Below are positions 16,687 to 25,596 of a stretch of DNA of 64,000 bases, one piece after another. The notes beneath the pieces are model-generated. The model searched no databases. It was not told the DNA's origin and saw only the letters and a list, made by a program, of their open reading frames with translations. Origin of the DNA: a virus. The stretch is from IMG/VR virus record IMGVR_UViG_3300009158_000046, positions 1 to 64,000 of that record. One strand, 5' to 3'. Each line of letters opens with the position of its first letter. The first letter of the stretch is position 1. A program made the position numbers and the translations under genes.

Positions 16687-18469
16687 CCAGGCACCACCAC
16701 AACCGGAACTTCGGGGTAGTCGGTCGACTTGATGACGACGGCGATGCTGGCTGTGTGGGGATCGTGCCTGTCCAGCAGCTCGTCATAGTGAGCCTGAGCG
16801 TCTGACAGGCTTTCGTGGGCGTGGTAGTGGTCGTTCAACTTGCTATCCACCCACACGACCAGGAACATGGGCTGCATCATCAGCACTCACCTGAGTTGTC
16901 GGCATCAGTCCCAGCGAGGACTTCTTCCCACTCGGGACGCCCGTTGGTCAGGTAATTGCGGAGAGCCTGGGCAGCCTGCTCGGCCGAGATGTTCTCGTAC
17001 TCCCAGCGATAGGTTCGGCCAGACTCTTGGCCTGGATAGAACAACTCCTTCAGATCTTCGGTTGGGGCGTTGGAAACGAATTTGTCGGCATCGTCCCTGT
17101 CGAAAATCCAAATGCCGTCGATTTTCTTGCCGTTCATGAGGGCGTAGGCCCATCCGCCGATACAGCCGACAGTTCCGCAATGATCAGACTGGGGCTGGGC
17201 CACGACAGACATGTTGAAAAGGCTTGGACTGATGAAGTCTGGATCGTTTGTATCGGGGACGTGACGGAGCTTCCCGCTCTCAAGTCCCTTGAGGACACGG
17301 ATGAGGGAGGCGTGCAGTTCGGTGTCGATGTTGAGCTGTTCGGCGGTCATCATTTGCTGAGGTTCCCTTTGTTGACGGAGAGGACGGTGAGAAGCTGGCC
17401 GTAGACGAGGTCGGTCTTGGGCTGCTCACGGAAGTCTTCGACGGTGTGCTCGGTGAGCCAGTCACCGGTCACATCGACGATGGTCTGGACCTGTTCGGTC
17501 GCCCATCGGGCGGCTTCCGCGTCGGTCTGGATGGAGAGAAGGGGGTGGGTCACAACTCCCTCCCGTAGTGGCAGAGCAAGATCTCGCCCCTGTAGTCTTC
17601 GATTGCCGGATCGAGGCGACCCGTCACGGTGATCAGGTCGAAGTCGAGGATGTCCCCGTCCGGTTGGGGAAAGCCGATGTCGACACCGTGGCGCAGGTAG
17701 AAGTCGCGCCGCTCGTTCAGGTCGACCGAGTGAATGTCGGCGTAATCGGCCCCCTCATGTGAAACGACCCGGCCAGTGACCGGGTCGATTTCGAGGCTTC
17801 CGTAGGTTCCGAATGCGTGGATTGTCATTTGATGTCCTCCTGCACGAGATCGACCAAGTTGGCTGTAAAAGGGCCATGAATAGTCATGGCTGGGGACAGG
17901 CTGAGGTCGGGAAGATCCTCGCTGTCGAATGACAAGTCAGAGATGATGTCTCCTTTCAGCTCCAGACATGTCGAATTCAACTCACAAACGAGGCTGTAGG
18001 CCTCGTCCTTGCTGTTGGCCTTGACGTAGGCGGTGGCGGCGATCTTGATGTCGATTGCGTAGAGGTTCACTGGAGCAACTCCCCCTCTGGAGTTCCGCTG
18101 TGTCGGTTGAGCGTGATCTTGACCTCGACTAGGTAGTTCCAGTCGGGACCAGCCTCGATGAGGTCATGGACCTCCTCGATCTCCTCGACCTGCTCCATTG
18201 CCGTGACGCCGACGCCATTGACGACGTAGGTCCTCAGCACGTTCCAGCGCTTCTCACCCATCCCTGGACCTCATGACGGCCACGACGTTGCGGAGCGGGA
18301 CGTAGACGGGTCGATCGGTCTTCGGCAGGAGGACGACGATGTCCACCTGGGGGACGCGGGGCATGGGTTCCCACAAGCAGTTCACGAGCCAGATGCCGGT
18401 GCTCAAGAGCACGTCGATGTTGGGGCTGTTGATGTCGACAGTGACTGCCTTGAATTCAGCGAGGGTCAT
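16683..18469 (-). other. Run of seven small coupled hypothetical genes (16683-16886, 16880-17353, 17350-17553, 17550-17828, 17825-18070, 18067-18261, 18254-18469)
   Basis: Consecutive minus-strand ORFs with 4-8 nt overlaps; 16880-17353 has an HCGTVGCIGGWA motif. Confidence 0.7.
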
Positions 18470-18607
18470 TGTTCGATCGTCCTTTCAAAAGATCGTGGAT
18501 CAACTTGGCCTCTCGCTTTGAGATGCGACGGCCAGATCGGTTTGATGCGGCGATAGCCTTGTTGACGGCCACCGGGGAGTAGCGGACAGGCGGGGGGCGA
18601 TAGGGCT

Positions 18608-18949
18608 TCATGCTCCCATCCTCCGCTCGGCTTCGACCATGCGGTGGTACTCGGCCTCGTCACGCTGGATGTCGTCCCAACGGGCGAGGAGGTCGGGGGG
18701 AGTGCGGTCGCGGTCCACGACCATGACCTTGCCGGTGCCGCCGCAAGGGTCGCACTCGCGGTCGTAGCGTCCGGCGAAGTAGTCCTCCTCGAACTCTGGT
18801 CCGGCCTCGTCCATCTCGTCGGCCGTGTAGGCACCGAGGTGGAGTGAGTTCTTGCCGTGGCCGTTGCAGGTCGAGCAGATCTCGAACTTGTAGGGGAGAC
18901 GGATGGGCTCTTCGCCCTCGCCGTCGTCGATGATGGGGGGATTAGCCAT
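18608..18949 (-). CDS. DnaJ-type zinc-finger protein
   Basis: CSTCNGHG and CDPCGGTG (two CxxCxGxG). Confidence 0.75.
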   Translation of the reverse strand: MANPPIIDDGEGEEPIRLPYKFEICSTCNGHGKNSLHLGAYTADEMDEAGPEFEEDYFAGRYDRECDPCGGTGKVMVVDRDRTPPDLLARWDDIQRDEAEYHRMVEAERRMGA

Positions 18950-21237
18950 GATCGGGCAGCTCCGGGATGAGGTTGCGGGTGACGTCAAGCCAGACGCGGT
19001 CCTTGCACAGGACGCTCTGGAACACGGGACCATCGAAGGTCCCCTCCCCGATCGTGCATTTGCGCTTGGTCGGGTAGCGCTCGAAGAAGGCCTTGGCGGC
19101 TTGTCGCGGGGTCTTTCCCCGGACGAAGGGCACGCCAGAACGGGTGGCGATGAATTCCTTCACGACAGTCTCTCCTGCATGGCCTCGATGACCCTGCGCT
19201 GCAGGGCGACGATGTCGGCCAGGGTCTGGGGTTCTTCGATGTCGGCGAGTTCGAGCTGCCGGGCCAACGAGACCGGCAGACGGCACTTTTGTTGAAAGCT
19301 TTCAACAGGTTGGCGAGGTGGGGGCGGAGCCGGAGCCGGGATTTCGACCGGCAGTCCAGGGGTCTGGAGACCGGGGAGACCGAACTCCGCCCGCAGCGTG
19401 TCGACGGCTGACTGGAGCTGGTCGACGATCTCCTGGGCCTGCTCGGGCGTGTACTCGTAGGAGTACCGGTTGGTGAGGTGGCCTAGAATGCGAAACGCCT
19501 CCAAAGTGGTTTGGAGGCGTTTCGAGGATAGGCGCTGAAAGTTCTGGGCTTTAGGGCTGTCGTTCAATGGGCACCCCATAAGCGATAGGGACAAGCCGAT
19601 AGTCGTGGTAGCGCAGGTTCTTGACGATCTCGGCCCACACCTTGTGGGCGAGTTCACGGTTGCTCTCGATCACGCCGGAGAAATGCCAGGGTGACGACGG
19701 AGAAGCCTTGAGTTCGACCCTGTAGTTGTAGGTCATGCTGCCAGCTCCGTGGTGAGTTCGAATGTCCGTATGCAGAAAGCAGCCTCGGACATCCAGCGTG
19801 GCTTCTGGGCTTCGACAAACTCGGCGACCGAGGAGTTGGGCTCGACACTCCAAGTGTCCACGAGTGCCCGGACCTCGTCGAAGGTGAGGTGGAACAAGCG
19901 CAGATGGGACCTCAAATTCTCGACGTGCAAGGACTGGAACTGGGGGTAGAACCCGGCCCAATACTTGGCGTTCTCGACAGCGTGCATCGGTACGCCATCG
20001 AAGCTGGAGAGGTGGATCTGGGCCAGCGGTTCAAGGTCAGGCCACTGGGCCACCAGTAGGTGGTGGAGGGTTCCGGCCTGTTCGAGGCGTCCATCCTTGA
20101 ACAGCCGTCCAACCAAGGAGAAGTAGGGAGGCTTGCCCGTGATCTTGGCGTCAGCCACGAGCTTGAGGGTGCCGTCCGGGGACTGGCAGGATCGGATCAC
20201 AGACACTGTAATGCTCGCGATTTGAGGGTTTCGGGGTCCCTGATGCCGTCGAGAAACCAGAGACGGAGGAAAATGGGGACCACGTCGTAGTCCCAGACGT
20301 GGTCGGAGAAGGCGGGCGAGAGCGGATCGACGACCATGGAGAACTTGGTCACGAGGTCGCGGGTCTCTGGCGGGCCGTGCTGCTCAATCAGCGGGCCGTA
20401 GCTCGCGTACTCGATCTCGTGCATGTGCAGCCACGCCGCCTGGGCGGTGTTGCAGATGTCCAGCCAGCGCTGTTCAGCCATAGACCACCTCCCCGAACAC
20501 CCAACCCTGGAAGAACACGTCGGCGTCCTCGGCGTCGTAGTAGTCCATGGTGAAGTCGGGGCGCTGGGCGAGGAGGAGGTTCAGGCCACGCTGGATGTGC
20601 TCGAAGGGCACGCTGGTGGGTTCGTCATCGTCGGGGGTGACGACCAGGATCGTGCTCGCAGGGAGCGTGTAGGTCTCCGGGTTGGAGTAATCGACGGAGG
20701 CCTGATACTTGATCCGGATCTTTTGGCACCAGTAGGACGATCCGCCCTCGACTGCCGTTGTCATGAGTTCGGCAATGTCCTGGGGGCTGAAGGTCCGGGG
20801 GGTGGGGACAATCCAAGTCATTGGGAGATCCTTTCTCAAGAGACGCGGAACCGGCCGGAGGCCGCGAGGCGGATGCTCTGGATTTCCGAGTTGTGGCGCG
20901 AGTAGTTGGCCTGCAAGACACGCACGTCATTGCGGAGATCCGTGACCTCCTTGGTGAGGTTGAGCAGGAGCTGCTGGATCTCGGAGGGGAGCGGAGCCGG
21001 AGGCTGTGCCGGTTTCAGGTTCCCGAACTCGGCCTTTCGCAGATAGGCGACGGTGTTGCTCGACACCGGCACGTTCATGAAGTCAGCCACGAACTTGGCG
21101 ACGTTCTCGTCGTCCCAGCCGGGGTTGAACTCGATGAACTCTGTGTCGGGAACCTTGGACGTGACCTCGGTCAGCTTGTTGTAGATCGAGAGCCGGGTCT
21201 TGAAGTCAGCGTTGGTACGCTTGGAAGTCTGTGCCAT
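18942..21237 (-). other. Run of small coupled hypothetical genes (18942-19163, 19160-19567, 19551-19736, 19733-20206, 20197-20481, 20474-20821, 20836-21237)
   Basis: Consecutive overlapping minus-strand ORFs with RBS-like motifs. Confidence 0.7.
19291..19306. promoter_or_regulatory. Palindrome copy 4, GTTGAAAGCTTTCAAC (intragenic)
   Basis: Perfect palindrome inside the 19160-19567 CDS. Confidence 0.75.
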
Positions 21238-21238
21238 G

Positions 21239-21255
21239 GTTGAAACCCTTTCAGT
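21239..21255. promoter_or_regulatory. Palindrome copy 5 (3-nt spacer, imperfect end)
   Basis: GTTGAAACCCTTTCAGT; contains the upstream stop and the RBS of the next gene. Confidence 0.7.
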
Positions 21256-21436
21256 CGTCACCAAAGTGATTGGTCGCGAAATCTTCGACGATCCGGATAG
21301 CCTCATCGTGTTCGGAAAAGGCTTCTGGCTCTTCGTCTCGATCAGCCATCGCTGAACGAGCGAGATTGACGACGATTTGCAGTGCATCAGCCAGATCGAG
21401 CCGCACACCGTCGTCTTTGTTTTCATTAACGTTCAT
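21251..21436 (-). CDS. Small acidic hypothetical protein bracketed by two palindrome copies
   Basis: 61 aa, D/E-rich. Confidence 0.65.
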   Translation of the reverse strand: MNVNENKDDGVRLDLADALQIVVNLARSAMADRDEEPEAFSEHDEAIRIVEDFATNHFGDD

Positions 21437-21437
21437 G

Positions 21438-21454
21438 GTTGAAACCCTTTCAAC
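21438..21454. promoter_or_regulatory. Palindrome copy 6, GTTGAAACCCTTTCAAC
   Basis: Fills the gap between stop 21457 and ATG 21436. Confidence 0.85.
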
Positions 21455-21456
21455 GG

Positions 21457-22029
21457 TTAGTAGTCCTGGAATGCTTTCAGAAGCTGGGTGATGATCTTGT
21501 CACCCAGACCAGCGCGGAGCTTGAGAGCTGTCGCCATACATGCGTGGTACATGGCGAGTGCTTTGCGGGAGTCCGGGTCGTACCCGAAGTCGGATGCCCA
21601 GTCCTCGAAGGACGAGTGGTTGATGACACTGGCGTCGAGGAGGATGCAGTAGATGACGTCGAGGTCGTTCGGCTTGATTGGCCGGGATCGGTCCAGGGGG
21701 TAGAGGTGCCAGTCCTCGGGATTGGCGGCACCGGAGAGCCACTGCGGTTTCGAGGGAAACCCGGTCTCACACTCCGCCTTGATCCGGCCACGGAGGATGC
21801 GACGGTCCCAGGGTGTCTTCTGGGGCAAGGGCTTGAGCAGTCTGGAAACCGGGCACTGCCCGGATCTTGCGCTGTAGTCCACGTCCACGATGGGGTGCTT
21901 GTCCCTGTGCAGGGTCACGCGCCAGTTGAGGCAGGGGTCCTTGTCCGCGTTGCGAGACTTGGAGTGCGGGACGAAAGCCGAGCTGAGCCACAGGCCCAGC
22001 TCGACCTGCAAAACGGCTGGGTCTGCCAT
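21457..22029 (-). CDS. Conserved phage hypothetical protein
   Basis: DVIYCILLDA..SFEDWASDFGYDPDSRKA..Y.AC motif. Confidence 0.75.
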   Translation of the reverse strand: MADPAVLQVELGLWLSSAFVPHSKSRNADKDPCLNWRVTLHRDKHPIVDVDYSARSGQCPVSRLLKPLPQKTPWDRRILRGRIKAECETGFPSKPQWLSGAANPEDWHLYPLDRSRPIKPNDLDVIYCILLDASVINHSSFEDWASDFGYDPDSRKALAMYHACMATALKLRAGLGDKIITQLLKAFQDY

Positions 22030-22400
22030 CAGACCAACTCGACGATCCGCTTGGTCTCGACGCGGGCGATCAGGACCACCCTTGAGACACGGACGAGTTC
22101 GACGTGCTTCTCTGAGGCCTTCTGCTCGGCGGTTTCGAGTGCGTCCGGGTATTCGTCGTCGTCGAAGTGGACGTGGTGCGAACTCCGGATGCCACCGAAT
22201 GTCTCGTCCCATGTCACCATCCAGCCGTGCTTGGTGTCGGAGGTGTTTCGCTTCACCAAAGCGGCAAAGTTCGATGCCAGTTGGTCGTACAAATCCTTCG
22301 CTTCCTTGAGCGGAAGGTCCGTATGAGCGCGGATCGCCTTGATCGTCTCGATAGGTCCGTTCTTCGACGCACGGATCAGTTCGTTGATTAAGCCAAGCAT
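22029..22400 (-). CDS. Protein with ribosomal L7/L12 C-terminal-like domain
   Basis: IETIKAIRAHTDLPLKEAKDLYD resembles the L7/L12 IK.VR..TGLGLKEAKDLV signature. Confidence 0.7.
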   Translation of the reverse strand: MLGLINELIRASKNGPIETIKAIRAHTDLPLKEAKDLYDQLASNFAALVKRNTSDTKHGWMVTWDETFGGIRSSHHVHFDDDEYPDALETAEQKASEKHVELVRVSRVVLIARVETKRIVELV

Positions 22401-22414
22401 GGAAGTTCTCCAGG

Positions 22415-22795
22415 TTAGTAGGTGACGTAGTGGGGGTGACCGTTCTCGAAGGCTTCGAGAGCGAGATCGCGGGACTCGTAGGGTGTCTCGGCAGCCTCCT
22501 CAGGGGTGATGAGACACCACGACTGGGGGCCTTCAGCGCCGGACTCGAAGTCGTTGCTCCACTTGATCACTGCCATGACGTTGGCTTTGACCGTGGTTGC
22601 CCTGCTGAAGGATGCGCAGTCGCAGTCCATGCCCCAGTAGGAGATGCCGACGACACCGTCGTCACTGAGGGCGGCGATCCTGCGGGAAAGCGACAGACGC
22701 TCGTTGAGCCAGTCCGGGTTGCGGCCGATCCATGTGAGCAACTGACGCCGCAAGGCGGGCTTGGTTTTGTAGATCTCACGAAAGGTCGTGGTCAT
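22415..22795 (-). CDS. Hypothetical protein
   Basis: 126 aa, GMDCDC and SRDLALEAFENGHPH. Confidence 0.7.
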   Translation of the reverse strand: MTTTFREIYKTKPALRRQLLTWIGRNPDWLNERLSLSRRIAALSDDGVVGISYWGMDCDCASFSRATTVKANVMAVIKWSNDFESGAEGPQSWCLITPEEAAETPYESRDLALEAFENGHPHYVTY

Positions 22796-22989
22796 GGCAT
22801 CACCTTGTAGATGCTGTTGCGGGTCTCGAAGACGTTGCGGACGAAGTCAGCCTTCAGCAGACGGCTGGTGACGAGCCGTTCTGCCGATGGAGCCATTGGA
22901 TGGGGGTCGATCGGCGTGACCACGAGGTGCGGGGCGGGGTGGAGCCGGATCTCATGAAGGCGGGCTCGATAGAGTGGTTTACTTGGCAT
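22792..22989 (-). CDS. Hypothetical protein
   Basis: MPSKPLYR...TSRLL...FETRNSIY. Confidence 0.65.
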   Translation of the reverse strand: MPSKPLYRARLHEIRLHPAPHLVVTPIDPHPMAPSAERLVTSRLLKADFVRNVFETRNSIYKVMP

Positions 22990-23005
22990 GTTGAAAGCTT
23001 TCAAA
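22990..23005. promoter_or_regulatory. Palindrome copy 7, GTTGAAAGCTTTCAAA
   Basis: Directly abuts ATG 22989. Confidence 0.8.
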
Positions 23006-23043
23006 GGTTAGAATTGCGGATTTTAGTCCTAGCTTTTGGCCAG

Positions 23044-23077
23044 AAAAGTGCCCGCAGGATCGGGCGAACCTGCGGGC
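23044..23077 (-). terminator. Probable intrinsic terminator
   Basis: GCCCGCAGG...CCTGCGGGC with U-tract on the minus strand. Confidence 0.6.
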
Positions 23078-23146
23078 TAGTGGGGGAGGAACGCCCTGAA
23101 TGGACGACCTGAGAGGATCATATCGCGGGTGCTTGGTGTGCGCTGA

Positions 23147-23653
23147 CTAACTCCTTAGGAGATATTGAGGGAGGTACTCCTCGATGATGGAGTGCTTGAG
23201 GCCCGTCATGCGGGCGATCTCGTCGATCGACTGCCCTGCGTAGGCACCGATGTCCCGGAATTCCCGGAAGTAGTCCTCGGCGGGGTCGTAGGAGCCGTCC
23301 ACGAGGTCCTCCAGCCGGTAGGAGGGGCCAGGGGAGAGCGAGATCACCTGCGAGGGCCTGCCGGTCTCTGTGTGGGCGTGCAGGGGGTTCACACAGGCCG
23401 CGCAGAGGCAGGTTCTCCTGACCAGGGGGGTGTGGTCGTAGAGGTGGTGGTGGAAGGCGTACAGGAGCCTCCTGACGGCCACTCTGCGGCCGAGGAAACT
23501 GACCATGGGGGTTGGCGAGGGGTCAGAACTGCCGACACCCGTCCAGATCCAGTGGATGTGGTTCTCGGGCTCGTCGGGGAAGCCGAGAGGCTCCTCGATG
23601 AACTCGGACATTTTGCGGATGCGGCCACGGAGGAGGTCACGGAGCGATTTCAT
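23147..23653 (-). CDS. Degenerate HNH (zinc-loop) endonuclease-like protein
   Basis: WIWTG, VRRLLY, VRRTCLCAACVNPLH. Confidence 0.65.
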   Translation of the reverse strand: MKSLRDLLRGRIRKMSEFIEEPLGFPDEPENHIHWIWTGVGSSDPSPTPMVSFLGRRVAVRRLLYAFHHHLYDHTPLVRRTCLCAACVNPLHAHTETGRPSQVISLSPGPSYRLEDLVDGSYDPAEDYFREFRDIGAYAGQSIDEIARMTGLKHSIIEEYLPQYLLRS

Positions 23654-23859
23654 GGGGCCTCCTGGTAGGGTGGTAGCTTGAGGTGCCGTGAGGGGCGTCT
23701 GCGGGGCTGCTAGGTGCCATGAAGGTGGCCGTAGCCGTGGGCGTGGGCGTGGGCCTTGTGGCCGTGGCCGTGGGCGGGGGGCTGAGCGTTTTCACACAGT
23801 GTGCGTAAATTCGCGCAGTGTGGAGTCAAACTCCCATAGAGATCTCACGGATTTTTCGC

Positions 23860-24030
23860 GCTCAAATTACTGATAGAAAACGGTTAGGAAATAAAAATGG
23901 ATTTGGGCTTATGATAATACAGCTTTATATCTAGGAGTATTACTTATATATCCTATATATTATTATTTTTCTTTAGTGGGTGATATAAAAAAATTTACTC
24001 CCCCTAAAAACTATCAGGAAACAAAATAGC
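23860..24030. other. Very AT-rich non-coding island, candidate replication origin
   Basis: e.g. TATTACTTATATATCCTATATATTATTATTTTT in a GC-rich genome; no ORF. Confidence 0.5.
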
Positions 24031-24419
24031 AGCGAAGGCGCTTTCTGCGCCTCCGTTGCCAATCACCCGGTCAAAACGCGCTGAAATTGCTGCGTTTTTT
24101 CTTATACTCCCAGGGGGGTTCCAAGATTTGGGAGGATGCGGGGACCCCCCGGCCGGCCAGAATTTTGACCGCCAGTCCATGTCTGCTTGGATCTCTGTAG
24201 GAGATACTGCCGTACCTCCCTACGAGTCTGCCGCTGGCACTCACGGCGCTCTTCCCGCATCTTGTCCTTCCACGGATTGCACATGTTCGACGTCCTTGTC
24301 GTCACCCCTCCCCGGCCACCACCACGGCAACCTCCATGGGAGTATTTGAAACAGCCCAACCCCCGACTCCTTCATAGGAACGAGAAAATAGGACTATTTC
24401 CCTAGATAGCAGGCGCAAC

Positions 24420-24471
24420 TGCTACCTCCTCGCCCACGCACTAGACTGCGCTCGTGGGCGAGGAGGTAGCA
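24420..24471. repeat. Perfect 19-bp inverted repeat
   Basis: TGCTACCTCCTCGCCCACG-14 nt-CGTGGGCGAGGAGGTAGCA. Confidence 0.9.
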
Positions 24472-24513
24472 ACGAACTACGTTGTGGGCGTATATCCGAA
24501 GCTATACTTCGAT

Positions 24514-24591
24514 GTTGAAAGGTTTCAACGCTTCCCTATTGGTTGAAAACTTTCAACCAAGACGAGGCCGGTTGAAAGTTTTCAACCGGCC
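24514..24591. promoter_or_regulatory. Palindrome copies 8-10 in tandem
   Basis: GTTGAAAGGTTTCAAC 24514, GTTGAAAACTTTCAAC 24542, GTTGAAAGTTTTCAAC 24571. Confidence 0.88.
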
Positions 24592-24601
24592 CACGCCCGT
24601 G

Positions 24602-25084
24602 TCAGCACCCACGCTCGCGCCGGGGACGGGGGCGGATGAAACGGAACTTGGGTGGCGTGGAGATGGTTGGCTCGCGTAGCGGAACCGACTTCGGCACCTC
24701 GGGCGGGAGGTTGCGACAGAAGTCGTTGCGAAGCGCGACCTTGGTGTCGTGCTCGATCTGGCGCTTCTGTTCGGCCATCATGGCCTGATAGTAGCGAGCG
24801 ACCTCGGCATCCTCCTCCGCCTCCTCGATGTCGGCGAGACTCCGCAACACCCTGGCCCCGGCTTTGACCGTGGGCTTGGGCTTGGGCTCGGACTCGGGCT
24901 CGGGGGTGGGCTTGGGGCTGACGATGACACCATGCTCGGTCACATGCACACGGGGCGCACGGGGCGAGCGGATGGGTGCGAGCGTGGGCTCGGGTGTGGC
25001 GCGGGTGATGGTCAGCCCGGAGCGCTCTGCGGCCATCTGTGCGGCCGAAAGCTCCCGGTAATTTCTCTTGCCAACTAAGAACAT
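24602..25084 (-). CDS. Pro-rich hypothetical early protein
   Basis: MFLVGKR..., AAGGG RBS, PKPTPEPESEPKPKP. Confidence 0.6.
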   Translation of the reverse strand: MFLVGKRNYRELSAAQMAAERSGLTITRATPEPTLAPIRSPRAPRVHVTEHGVIVSPKPTPEPESEPKPKPTVKAGARVLRSLADIEEAEEDAEVARYYQAMMAEQKRQIEHDTKVALRNDFCRNLPPEVPKSVPLREPTISTPPKFRFIRPRPRRERGC

Positions 25085-25100
25085 TTGGTTTTCCCTTTTG

Positions 25101-25117
25101 GTTGAAAGGCTTTCAAC
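25101..25117. promoter_or_regulatory. Palindrome copy 11, GTTGAAAGGCTTTCAAC
   Basis: 16 nt upstream of ATG 25084. Confidence 0.85.
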
Positions 25118-25124
25118 GTCATGC

Positions 25125-25230
25125 ACACGCACGCTCGGGCGCGCGGGTGCGGGTGGGCGGGTGGGCGGGTGCGCGCGTGGGTGCGCGCCTGCGTGGGCGG
25201 GCGGGTGCGCGCGTAGGCGCGCGAGGGCAG
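25125..25230 (+). repeat. G-tract and alternating GC/GT low-complexity region
   Basis: GGGTGGGCGGGTGGGCGGG at 25151-25169 and GCGCGCGT runs. Confidence 0.75.
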
Positions 25231-25237
25231 GTTACGC

Positions 25238-25455
25238 TACCGTCCGGTATCCTACTTGCCGGTATCGCTACCCTACCGGCAGGTAGGATACCGGCCGGTA
25301 TGGACGACACCGCGCGGCAATGTCCGCTTGCGGACACAAGTGTGGCGTGGCGCACCCTTGTGTCCGAAACCGTACAAAAGCCCGACAAAATGAAACCGGC
25401 CGGAGCGATTGCGCTCCGGCCGGTTGCGCCTTGCGTCACAAGCGACGCAAGGCGC
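25238..25455. repeat. Array of four inverted repeats
   Basis: Stems 25238-25264/25274-25300 (25/27), 25331-25340/25357-25366, 25394-25407/25412-25425, 25426-25437/25444-25455. Confidence 0.85.
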
Positions 25456-25596
25456 GGCGACGATGGCGGCGGCGGATCATGGCGCGGCGTTCCTGTAGCG
25501 TCACGATGACAAGCCAGATGCCGGTTGCGAGGGTGGCGCATAGAAGCGCCACCACGATGCAAAGCCCTAAGGCGTGCAATTCATCAGGGGAAAGCA

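Noticed and set aside
24514-24586. Triple GTTGAAA..TTTCAAC cluster as a mini CRISPR array
   Set aside because: Repeats are 16 nt and spacers 12-13 nt, both too short; no cas genes; other copies are solitary
23688-24679. Short ORFs in the non-coding region (23688-23873, 24056-24349, 24102-24359, 24482-24679)
   Set aside because: Low complexity and weak starts; a short basic peptide within 24102-24359 cannot be fully excluded
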